A stretch of DNA of 64,000 nt from Stegostoma tigrinum. Lineage: Eukaryota. The stretch covers positions 13,752,837 through 13,816,836 of the forward strand of contig NC_081374.1 in the NCBI RefSeq assembly GCF_030684315.1, in the 5' to 3' direction. The position numbers and the translations under genes were made by a program. This document shows positions 21,997 to 48,516 of this stretch, in pieces; positions within the stretch are counted from its first letter, which is position 1; each line of letters begins with the position of its first letter. Below the pieces are notes generated by a model, which saw nothing but the letters and a program-made list of their open reading frames with translations, was not told the DNA's origin and did no database searches.

Positions 21997-23636
21997 AGAG
22001 GGGGATGGGGTGAGGGTTCTGGAATAAATAGGGAGAGAGGCGGAGGCCGACCGAAGATGGAGAGAAAAGAAGATAGGTGAAGAGGAGAGTATAGGTGGGG
22101 AGGTGGGGAGGGGATAGGTCAGTCCAGGGAAGTCGGACAGGTCAAGGAGGTGGGATGAGGTTAGTAGGTAGGAGATGGAGGTGCGGCTTGGGGTGGGAGG
22201 AAGGGATGGGTGAGAGGAAGAACAGGTTAGGGAGGCAGAGACAGGCTGGACTGGTTTTGGGATGCAGTGGGTGGAGGGGAAGAGCTGGGCTGGTTGTGTG
22301 ATGCAGTGGGGGGAGGGGACGAATTGGGCTGGTTTTGGGATGCGGTGGGGGAAGGAGAGATTTTGAAGCTGGTGAAGTCTACATTGATACCATTGGGCTG
22401 CAGGGTTCCCAAGCGGAATATGAGTTGCTGTTCCTGCAACCTTCGGGTGGCATCATTGTGGCACTGCAGGAGGCCCATGATGGACATGTCATCTAAAGCA
22501 TGGGAGGGGGAGTTAAAATGGTTGGCGAATGGGAGGTGCAGTTCTTTGTTGCGAAACGAGCGGAGGTGTTCTGCAAAGCGGTCCCCAAGCCTCCGCTTGG
22601 TTTCCCCAATGTAGAGGAAGCCACACCGGGTACAATGGTTACAGTATACCACATTGGCAGATGTGCAGGTAAGCCTCTGCTTAATATGGAAGGTCATCTT
22701 GGGGCCTGGGATAGGGGTGAGGGAGGAGGTGTGGGCCAAGTGTAGCATTTCCTGCGGTTGCAGGGGAAGGTGCCGGGTGTGGTGGGGTTGGAGGGCAGTG
22801 TGGAGCGAACAAGGGAGTCACGGAGAGAGTGGCCTCTCCGGAAAGCAGACAAGGGTGGGGATGGAAAAATGTCTTGGGTGGTGTGGTCGGATTGTAGATG
22901 GTGGAAGTGTCGGAGGATGATGCGTTGTATCCGGAGGTTGGTGGAGTGGTGTGTGAGAACGAGGGGGATCCTCTTTGGGCGGTTGTGGCGGTGGCGGGGT
23001 GTGAGGGATGTGTTGCCTCTACATTGGGGAAACCAAGCAGAGGCTTGGGGACCGCTTTGCAGAACACCTCCGCTCGGTTCGCAATAAACAACTGCACCTC
23101 CCAGTCGCAAACCATTTCCACTCCCCCTCCCATTCTTTAGATGACATGTCCATCATGGGCCTCCTGCAGTGCCACAATGATGCCACCCGAAGGTTGCAGG
23201 AACAGCAACTCATATTCCGCTTGGGAACCCTGCAGCCCAATGGTATCAATGTGGACTTCACCAGCTTCAAAATCTCCCCTCCCCCCACCGCATCCCAAAA
23301 CCAGCCCAGTTCGTGCCCTCCCCCCACTGCAACACACAACCAGCCCAGCTCTTCCCCTCCACCCACTGCATCCCAAAACCAGTCCAGCCTGTCTCTGCCT
23401 CCCTAACCTGTTCTTCCTCTCACCCATCCCTTCCTCCCACCCCAAGCCGCACCTCCATTTCCTACCTACTAACCTCATCCCACCTCATTGACCTGTCCGT
23501 CTTCCCTGGACTGACCTATCCCCTCCCCACCTCCCCACCTATACTCTCCTCTCCACCTATCTTCTTTTCTCTCCATCTTCAGTCCGCCTCCCCCTCTCTC
23601 CCTATTTATTCCAGAACCCTCACCCCATCCCCCTCT

Positions 23637-23664
23637 CTGATGAAGGGTCTAGGCCCGAAACGTC
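23637..23664 (+). ncRNA. Minimal hammerhead ribozyme core (Penelope type)
   Basis: CTGATGAAGGGTCTAGGCCCGAAACGTC. Confidence 0.65.
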
Positions 23665-24544
23665 AGCTTTTGTGCTCCTGAGATGCTGCTGGGCCTGCTG
23701 TGTTCATCCAGCCTCACATTTTATTATCTTGGATTCTCCAGCATCTGCAGTTCCCATTATCACTGTTTCACTGCTGGATACAGCATTTAACTCTGTAGCT
23801 GCTGCAAAGACTGAAAGATCTCCACTGAATTTCTGCAAACTGCTAAAACTTCAACAACAGTAAGACCAATGATCATTGTCTTAGGAAATTCATATGAAGG
23901 CAAAAAGATGATTTGTGCATCTGAAACATATGAACTTTCAAGGGTAGATGTTCGTTTAGTGACAGATATTTCACTTCGATGATATTCTCTTTTCAAAAGC
24001 CCACATTGAACACTCGAGTCCATTATCCAGGCATACACACAAGTGTAGCATTGATGGAGTGCTGCATTACAAGTGCTATCTTTCAGGTGCCAGATTAAAC
24101 TGTTGAGCTTCTTTCTGCCTGTTAGTGAACGTTTTCAAAGAAGAGCACAAATTCTCCAAGTGTTTGATCCAACGTACACCTCTTCAATCTGTAGTGATTG
24201 TAACGAGATTAGCCAACTGCACTTCGTAGAATATGCGTTCCAATTAGCCCCAGTTAAAGAGCTCTGGCTGACATAAAAAGGTTGAGTGCAGAGATACTGC
24301 CATCCTGATGCCTGACTCAATATGAGGCAGCATTAAAGTCAAGGACTGTTCATGTATAAATGAAGGGTAACTTGGTATGGGGCTAGTGGTCTCTGTGGAG
24401 TTATTGCACAATCAAAACTACTAAATTAAATGAAGTGGTTATTGTCACAGCCATGATAGGATTACGCCAGTAATTCAGCCCCACTATTTCATAAGTTGTA
24501 ATTAATGTATAATTGACCATTTGAATTATGATGATATGGGCTGT

Positions 24545-24797
24545 TATGACTTGGTGACTGTAACCCTATTCTTGAGTCGAGAGGCCTGAGTTCAAGTCCT
24601 ACCTGCTCCGGAGGTGTGTAATAACATCACTGAACAGGATGATTAGAAAATATGTTGAATCACCATGATGGACATTTGTGGTAGATTTCCTATCTCTGAA
24701 CCAGGAGACCCAGGTTCAAGTTCCACCCACACCAGTGGTGTATAATAACACCTCTGAACAGGTTGATTAGAAAATATCTTGAATCACCATGATGGAT
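24545..24797 (+). repeat. Two tandem copies of a short tRNA-like SINE (family C)
   Basis: Two ~135-bp units with GTTCAAG B-box, each ending GATTAGAAAATAT.TTGAATCACCATGATGGA; related copies near 28160, 30990 and 43875 (-). Confidence 0.7.
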
Positions 24798-25859
24798 AGC
24801 TTCCCCAACTTCAACTGCTAGGTAGGATAAAAGAAACTCACATGAAGTTTCATCAAAAGCAATTATAGTATTTTAACAAACACATCCTTTAGCAAATGAA
24901 AAAATTGATTTTAACCACTAGTACGCAAACATAAACTATATCCCCTTTAAAACCAAACACAAACACACTTATTCATATATAGGACAGAGGAGATAGACAC
25001 CTCTGCAGAAATATCATGGGTGAAAAACTTTAGCATAAAACAATGAGTTCTGTTGGTCAAGAGTTCAAACCACAAGGAAAGAGGTGACTTTCTCATAGAT
25101 TTTTGACAATGGTACCATGCTGATGATGACTGAGTGACAGAGGTCCTCATAAGAGTAGCTGGTCAGTTGGACCTAGCTCTTTGCTCAACTTGAAAGTTCT
25201 TCCTTTCAGAATCTCTAAATTTTTATTTTTGTTTTTAGTCGTAGAGGGAGAGAAAAATAATTGTGTCTTTGCAGGCAGGCTTTCTGTAGGTTTGAATTCA
25301 AATGCCCCTTCTCAGGCTTATAGCAATCTACAACATAAAAATGCAAAAGCTATTGTGAGGCAACTTTTCAATGCTGAAGCACCAGCTTATCTCACAAAAG
25401 TATCAACATTATATTCTGAGACCCATAAGTGAACAGCACATACTTTTGACCAGCAAGTTTCTAAAACAAAAACACGCCTAGCACTTTCTGTGTAGCAATG
25501 CAGTACTTAAACTTTTGTTTTACGCAGTTTATCTTCAAGTAGTATATAAAGCATTTTTTTTCCTTTATTCATCTGATTTCTGTTCTTGGAGCTTTTTACT
25601 GTGCAAATTGCTATTCCTTAGGCCTACAACACAATTGTGTCTACACTGAAAAAGTAACTGATTTCAATCATAATGATTCCAACATATTCCTGCTTGTGTA
25701 ATGGAGAAAGAAAAAGTGAAAATTTCCACTCTTAATTTGTATTCCAGGTCTCTATCATAGGTCATAGTTATGTTCACTGGGTAAAGTCAAGGTGAGGCTC
25801 AGCTTTGAACAGCCACTGCTTTCAAGGTAAGAGCTCAAGTCAAGAATGGGCACTTTATT

Positions 25860-26310
25860 TTCTTTATTCATTCATGGGATGAGGGTGTTGCTGGCCAGGC
25901 AGTATTTATTACCCATCCCTAATTGCCCAGAGGGCAGATAAGAGTTGACCACATTGTTGTGCATCTGGAGTCACATGTCGGCTTGACCAGCTAAGGATAG
26001 CAGTGTCCTTCCCTACATGACATTAGTGAACCAGATGGGTTTTTCCAACAATCGACAATGGATTCACGGTCATCACTAGACTCTTAATTTCACATATTTA
26101 TTGAATTCAAATTCCACCATCTGCCGTGGTGGGATTCGAACCCGGGTTGGGTGGAGTGGGGAGGGTTGGGTGGTGGGGAGAGTGGTGTGGGTGGAGTGGG
26201 GCAGGATGGTGTGGAGTGGAGTGGAGTGAGGTTGGGCAGGGTGGGGGTGTATGGAGTGAAGTGGGTCTGGGTCTCTGGATTAACTGTCTTGGATTAACTT
26301 GGATGAATTC
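25860..26310 (-). mobile_element. SINE family B interrupted by a G-rich insertion (26148-26266)
   Basis: Colinear with 31683-32027 and 61040-61365 apart from the insertion. Confidence 0.82.
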
Positions 26311-27790
26311 ACCAGAAGACTCCTACAGTCCCATCTCTAGCAATGTTTCTCTCTCAACAGATGCTGCCAGGCTTGCTGAGCTTCTCCAGCACTCTTTGTT
26401 TTAATTCCAGTTGGTCATGTCTAGCTTAGCCAGCAGTACCAACATAAATGTTAGCAGAATGTGGGTCCTCATTTGTGAGGCTGACACAACCAAAGCAGGA
26501 TATTTTGTCTGACCTCTGTCCTATGCATTTTAAAATTAGACTGGCTTTGGGAAGTAAGGAGGTGAGTTAACCCATCGCGGCAATAATTGTCATGTCATCT
26601 TCTGTCACTGAAAATTACCTCATGTCATATATATTCACATATTTTTCCAGTTCACATATTTTTCAGTTTGTGATCTTCCATTCTTACTTACTCACTAACC
26701 GGAGGGAGCAATCATTTATTACACAACTTCTCAAGTCCATTTCAAAATGTTGAACCTTTTAACCTTTCCTTTGTTATTTGTATCTGCAGGATTTTCAGAT
26801 GGTGGAGTTTCCAGCCCCACCACAGAGAATGAGAGAGTGGGAACAAAACATCCACACCAATCACAGCAGCCCCTCCCTGGTAACCCCCTTGTGGAGCCTC
26901 CAGTGGCCAGAGACACACACCTCTGCTGCTCACTCAGAAATTGGTCGATTGATCGGCAGATTCCCAGCAGTGCCACCTGGAGCAGTGACTGTTGTACGAA
27001 CTACAAGTATGCCCACCAGCCTGAGCGCTAGAGCCCACTCGACGAAGTTAGTCCTGGGATCTCTGAGTGAATACAGAATGGGATCCTCCTTAAAAGTGGG
27101 TCGGGGTGGGCCGGTATGCGATGGGAAAGTCATCAGGGAATTTAAAAAGCTGAGCAACCAAACATGCACTACATCCAGCCCAGCAAACTTACTGGTTGGA
27201 TCCTGTAAAATGCTGCAAAATACCTTTTCATCCTCGATGTTATTGCACTGGTTTGAAATTATATCTTAGCAAGGTCTTCAAATACTTCTTCATAACGATA
27301 TTGTCAAAATTTTATTTCAACTATTGTCTAACTAACATTCTAAATTGTCATTCCTTGACTTTGCATTCAATACCTCCATATTTATAACACTCATAACCAT
27401 ATCTCACCCCATTACAGCATTTCAACTTGTGAAACAAAAACAGAAATTACTGGGAAAACTCAGAATGGTCTGCACAAGGATCGCTGTGCCTGAAACATTA
27501 ACTCTGCTTTCCCTATAGTGATACTGCTGGACATGCTGAGTTTTCCCAGGATTTTCTGATTTTTATTTTGATTTCAAGCATCCAAAGTTCTTTGATTCTT
27601 TTGATTTCCACTTGTGAGCTTGGTTTTGAAAATCTGGCTATCTGAAAACCTTCACTTTCTCTACTCCACTGAGAATTCACAATTAAGATTGTATCTCGTC
27701 TTTTTTTTCTCAGATTGTAATATTTTGCATTTATCGACATATCCCTTGTTTGTCAATGATGTGATCTCTAACCCACAATGATCATTAAGA

Positions 27791-27984
27791 ACAGAGATAA
27801 TGGGAACTGCAGATGCTAGAGAATCCAAGATAACAAAGCGTGAAGCTGGATGAACACAACAGGCCAAGCAGCATCTCAGGAGCACAAAAGCTGACATTTT
27901 GGGCCTAGACCCTCCATAAGGATCTAGGCCCGAAACATCAGCTTTTGTGCTCCTGAGATGCTGCTTGGCCTGCTGTGTTCATCC
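27791..27984. mobile_element. Penelope-derived hairpin insertion
   Basis: 13-bp TSD ATGATCATTAAGA (27778-27790 and 27985-27997); inverted arms. Confidence 0.87.
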
Positions 27985-28759
27985 ATGATCATTAAGATAT
28001 TTGGTTCTCAACTCCTGTCTCTTATGGTTTACCTGGCCCCTTTGTTTAGAATCATCAGTAAATTTTGATCACCTTCCTACACTAACTCAATCAAAGTCCA
28101 CCACATTAATTTATTTAAATAATTGAATTAAACCAATTAAGACTTTTGGAAATGCCAGGCACATTGGTAATATTCCTACCTCTGGGCCAAAAGGTAGATC
28201 CCACCCTGGAGATGTGTCATTAGTAGGTCCAGCTTCAATCTTACCTGTCCCAGATACGTATTACAATAAGTTGATTAAAAATATCTTAAAGCTAAACAAT
28301 TAATTACTTTAAACTGTGATTAATAGTTTCAAGTATATTCAGCCAACTGAGAATGCCTGATCAAAAACATATTTACTAAGTGCGGACGTTCAATTAATGA
28401 ATGCTTTGTTCGGTCCTCAAATAATAATCATTAATAAATACACCTTATTGACTCTCTATTTGATAAACTGCATGAACATGAGGCATGATCTTTATCATTA
28501 GCAAAGTTTTATAATGCTTTAATGTTTGTGAAACCAGCGAATTAAGACAACAATGGAGACAAATCTCGTTCTGGCAATAATGGTATTAACACTGTTATTT
28601 TTCTTATTTCTAGTTAATTTTCAATCATCAAATGAAAGAAGTTTACATGGCACGTTAGTTATATAGTATTTTCAATGTTCTTAGTACATCACAACATGTT
28701 TCACAGCCATTCATGTCCTTTTGAAATGTTTTGACTGTTGACATATAGCCACAGGCAAG

Positions 28760-29870
28760 GTCCCAGAGACTGGGGAATAGACAATATTGTTCCATTGTTT
28801 AAGAAGAGTAACAGGGATAATCCAGGAAATTATAAGCAAGTGAGCCTTACGTCAGTGTCAAGGAAATTATTGAGGAAGGTTCGTAGAGACAGGATTTACT
28901 CACATTTTTAAGAATAAGGGACTAATTAGGGATAGTCAGTGTGGCTTTAAGCAAGGAAGGTCTTGTCTCACAAATTTTGCAGAGTTTTTTTGAGGATGTA
29001 ATGAGATGATTGATGAGGGTAGAGTAGTAAGTGTTGTCTACATGGGCTTTACTAAAGCATTTGACAAGGACCCATGGTGGGTCCTGAAGGACAAGTTGCA
29101 TGGGTTCTATGGTGAGTTGGCAAGTTTGGATACAAAATTACCTTGGTTATAGAAGGCAGTGGGTAGTTGTGGAGGGGTGTGTTTCTGACTGAAACTCTGT
29201 GACCAATGATGATCCGCAAGGATCAGTGCTGGGAGCTTTGTTGTTTATATCGTATAAAAATGATTTAGATGAAAATGCAAGTAGTCTGATTAGTAAGCTT
29301 GCAAACAACATGAAAGTTGGTGGATTGTATAAAATGAGGAAGGCTATCAAAGGATACAACAAGATATAAATCAATTGTAAATGTGGGTGGAAAATAAAAG
29401 ATGGAATTTAATCTGGACAAGCATGAGGTAATGTATTTTGAGAGGTCAAACACAAGACGAAAGTGTACAGTAAACGGCGGACTTACGAGCAATTATATAC
29501 AGAAGGTTCATTGGGTGCAAGTCCATAGCTCCCTGTAGTTGGAAACTCAAATGGGTAAGGCAGTAAGGAAGACACATGGCATGGTTAACGTCACCAGTTA
29601 GGGCATTGAACTTAAAACTTGTCAAATCATGTTCCAGTTGTATAACATTTTAGTTAGCCCACATTTGGAGAATTGTACATTCTTCTGGTCACCACACTTC
29701 CGGAAGGATGTAGAAGCTTTGGAGAGGGTAGAAAAGAGGTTTACCAGAATGTTACCTGGGCTGGAATTTTTATTTGTAAGAAGAGTTGAACAAACATGGA
29801 TTGTTTTTGATGTAGTGCCAGAGGCTGAACAGCAACCTGACAGAAGGATATAAACGTATGAGAGGCATAA
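28760..29870 (+). mobile_element. CR1 LINE RT fragment
   Basis: PGNYK.VSLTS, PQGSVLG, LY..LV.PHLE.C..FWSPHFRKDVEALERV.KRFTRMLPGL. Confidence 0.88.
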
Positions 29871-31682
29871 ATCTCACACCCAAGTCCCGTGAGTGAATAC
29901 AAAAATGTTCAGTGTTTTCCTCATAAAGTTTCATTTTTTCTCTCCAAAACAGAGAGCTGAGATTTTACTTTCACTCAATCAGAAGAGTGTTGGCTGTATA
30001 GAGTTTTGGCTAAGCCCGTGGTCTGTGTTCAGTGTGAGGTCGCTCCATTCTGGATGATGTGACAACATTGGTGCTTTCCATGAGCCTGAGGCTGTGGAAC
30101 ATGCATTCGCCACTCTTTGTCTTATCATGCACATAGTCAAATTCCGCTTTACAAAGTGCAACTTACTTTAAAAGAAGTTGTTGCGTGGCCAGTTTTTTGT
30201 TAGCCAAATGCCTCCTGGTGCTAGCTTGTTTCACAAAAGTATCAAATGTAGCTTCGACCATGAATACCATGCTGCACACAACACAGACAGGGAGTGGAAT
30301 ATCAGACAGTGACATCAGAGGCCCTCGGTAGACTACTGTCAAGCATTGAGGAATCCAGTTAAATTAAGTCATTGCCATGCAGCAAGCAAGTTCTTAGCTA
30401 CCTTCATGGAAAAGATGGTGGCCGCCTATGGAGCTCCAAGTCTAGTAGAACACACATTGCTGCGGGTTATGTTCACAGGCTTTTATTTCATTGTTTTAGC
30501 CTTGGGAACACTGCATGCTTTTATCAGCTTTCTCACTTTGTCCCTTCACCAGTAAAAATCCAGGTCTATATGTCCCTCCTGGATCTTTACCTCTCACCAT
30601 TCAGACCAGCTGCACCATCACAATCCCTGGTCAACCCATCCACAAAGACTGTACGCTCCCTGATCCTGACCAACTAGCAACCCCATTAGCAGATCCAGCT
30701 CTCCACATTGGCTTTGACCAGACGTCCTACGCAAAATGCACCAGTCACATCCCTGCACCCGAACCCCCTACAGCATATGGCATGCTCTGGACACACTGTA
30801 ACACCTTCTATCCATTCTGGAAAGAAACTGCTGTGAGGTTCCTGGATAGACAGTGCCCCACCCCTGGATAGAGTGCTGTGTTTGCCTCATAAAGGCTCAA
30901 CGTTGTCAGCTGCCTGATGTGAGGAGACCCTCAGATTAGTCAGTTATCCCTCTCTAATGAAAGGGCGCACCTTTACATTTATATGGGTCATTCTACCTCT
31001 AGGTCAAAAGGCACAAGTTCAAGACCCTTCTCTAAAGGTGTATCATACCATGTCAGAACAAGTTAATATAGAAAATATAGATTAAAATTTATTTTCACAT
31101 TGTAAGAGACAAGTTAGTGAATTGTTTTAGGTAGCCAGTGGAGTTTACTGTCCAGCAGAAGCACACTGAGAATGAAAAGAAATGCCAACATTCATTGGCA
31201 TAGTTATTTCCATTAAAATGCCATCTAACATGTCATTGATTAGATCATTCACTGGAATGGGCAGTTTCACTGAACTCTTGAGTTGGGCTAGGTCTCCCAT
31301 TTATCTTTAAGTAGCTTCGAAAGTTGCTAGTCAAAATATCAACACTGTTGTCTTCCCACAGATATTGTCAGACCTGCTGAGTTTTTCCTGCATTCTCTGG
31401 TTTTAAATAGAACCCGTTGCAGGTGGATGTGAGTGTTTTTATGGCACAATTGCAAAGAATATCAGAGTTATTCCCATCTAATATTTATCCCTCAACCAAC
31501 ATTACAAAAATATAAATTATCTGGTTATTATCACACTTCTGTTTTGGGAGCTTACAAAGTGCAGATGGTTGCTGCATATCTTACATCACAACAGGAACTT
31601 CACTTTAAAAGGTACTTAATTGACTCAAAAACAGATTTTGAGCTAAGGGGTGCTATTAAAATTGCATTATATCTATTGCTTT

Positions 31683-32027
31683 TGTTTATCCATTCACAGG
31701 ATGAGGGCATCGCTGGCTAGGCCAGCATTTACTGCCCATCCTGAGAGTCAATCACATTGCTGTGGGTCTAGAGTGACGTGTCGGCCAGACCAGGTATGGA
31801 TGGCAGTTTTCTTTCTCTAATAGACGTTAGTGAACAAGATGGGCTTTTCCTGACAATCGACAATGATTTTATGATCATCATTAGACTCTTAATTCCAGAT
31901 TCCTTTTCGTTAATGAATTCAAATTCTACCATCTGCCGTGGTAGGATTTGAACTCAGGCACTCAGAACATTAGCTGGGTTTCTGGATTAACAGTCTAGCA
32001 ATAATACCACTAGACCATTGCGTCCCA
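31683..32027 (-). mobile_element. SINE family B, ~330 bp upstream of the gene 2 TATA box
   Basis: Full-length reverse copy. Confidence 0.82.
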
Positions 32028-32218
32028 TTCATTTAGCATACATACCTACATATTAAATAATAAGCTGCCACCTGTACCCTTTACTTTTGTAACCAGCTTA
32101 CAAGTTCAAACCACTAGAGCTAAATATTATCTTTTTTTACAAATATACATGCAGCTCTCTTATCAGACCTAAACCCTGATTCAATAAGCTTGACATTCAA
32201 GACGTTTGATTATCAAAG

Positions 32219-32230
32219 TATCAGCTGATA
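32219..32230. promoter_or_regulatory. Palindromic GATA/E-box/GATA element TATCAGCTGATA in the gene 2 promoter
   Basis: Perfect 12-bp palindrome; CAGCTG flanked by two opposed GATA cores; further WGATAR sites nearby. Confidence 0.4.
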
Positions 32231-32356
32231 ATAATTATGAACATGTCAACTCAATGTGTTCTTTCACAAGGACGTATTCATGATAATAATAAAATGTGAT
32301 ATAGCAGTTACGATTATTTGCCTATTTGAACAATGGAATGGGTTGATACAGAATAG

Positions 32357-32363
32357 TATAAAA
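32357..32363 (+). promoter_or_regulatory. TATA box of gene 2
   Basis: TATAAAA about 55 nt upstream of the ATG; AATGGAA motif upstream. Confidence 0.75.
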
Positions 32364-32415
32364 ACATCAAGAGCATTCAAAAGTCTCACTGAAGGCCTGA
32401 AAAGTACCAGACAAG

Positions 32416-47410
<14,995 letters not shown>

Positions 47411-48516
47411 TTTAATCATCCAGGATTGCATTTAAAGCCTATTCCAATCCCCTTCAAGCCCTTTCCTCATTCTTCAGCCATGATTGAAGCAATGAAACCA
47501 CATACTCACAAAAATTTAAGTAAAAGCCTAGGGAGTCTCTGGTCAAAGATTATGCAAATTCATCTGATTATATATGAGATACCGAAAGGCACATTTCTAA
47601 ACTACCAGCCAATAAGTTGCAACCTCTGCATCAAATTTGAATACAACCTTCAAATACTGAACGCTAAATCCAACAAAATGGCACAACAAATTATGATTTG
47701 ATTGGATCATCTGCATAGTCAACCTTGGATGATAAATTGCATCATAGACATACTCAGATTTTTATCCTCCTCTCTGACACTTACAATGCTAAATGAAGAG
47801 TTGCCTGCTCTAAGAATTAATTGCTCTGGACATTAGACAGTATGAACAAAGATCATTCCAGAGCCAAAAGCCAACTTTATTCCAGATGTTTGCTTTTGAA
47901 GAGAATTTAGGCTTATGGGTGGGAAGCATGTTCACAATGTTAGTCAAGCTCATTCATCCCTTTGGACGAAGCTATGTCAACCATTCCTGAATAGTAGGTG
48001 AATGATCTTTACACGAGCACATGCTTACACAGCTTTTGTAAATTGATGTTTGGTATTACTCATCATTATCAAACCTGTCTGCATTTTATGATTCATGAGT
48101 AGGAAACTCATTATGTCAATTTATTCCCAAGTTGTGAGTGTGATAATGATCTCCGATATGATTTTTAATAAGATCATGCAGCGAGATTTCATCTTGAGGT
48201 GCACACTGGATATTTCCTATCTCTTTATTAGCAAATGCAATAAACTTAGACGTATTGCAAACACTTTCCGTTGTTCCTGTTTTTTGTTCTCTCCAATGAT
48301 GGGCCATGGTGCACTTCTACTAAAAACACATTAGGCTCCATCTGAATAATCAAAAAGAGTAGGCTTCCCTCTCCCCACCATACCACAGCACGCAATGTTC
48401 ATCATATCAATGTAACCTGTAACTAATTGCTAACATGCAACAGTATATATCTACTTAACTGTAAAACTCTCCTATTTAGACCAGGAAATAGCTTTCCTCT
48501 ATCACACTGGATCAAC

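Larger units (their letters stand above)
21909..23761. mobile_element. Penelope-like retroelement, 5'-truncated, with an inverted terminal duplication
   Basis: GIY-YIG endonuclease C-terminus (TCTSANVVYC.HCTRCGFLYIGETKRRLGDRFAEHLRS). Minus copy 21905-23014, plus copy 23016-23761. 19-bp TSD ACTGTTTCACTGCTGGATA (21890-21908 and 23762-23780). Confidence 0.92.

Noticed and set aside
22227-23406. GIY-YIG ORFs as a host nuclease gene
   Set aside because: They are the C-terminal part of a truncated Penelope-like element with a TSD and a frameshift; the RT core is absent
47411-48250. Poly(A) signal for gene 2
   Set aside because: The nearest canonical AATAAA I found is at ~48239, about 830 nt after the stop; cannot be assigned without transcript data
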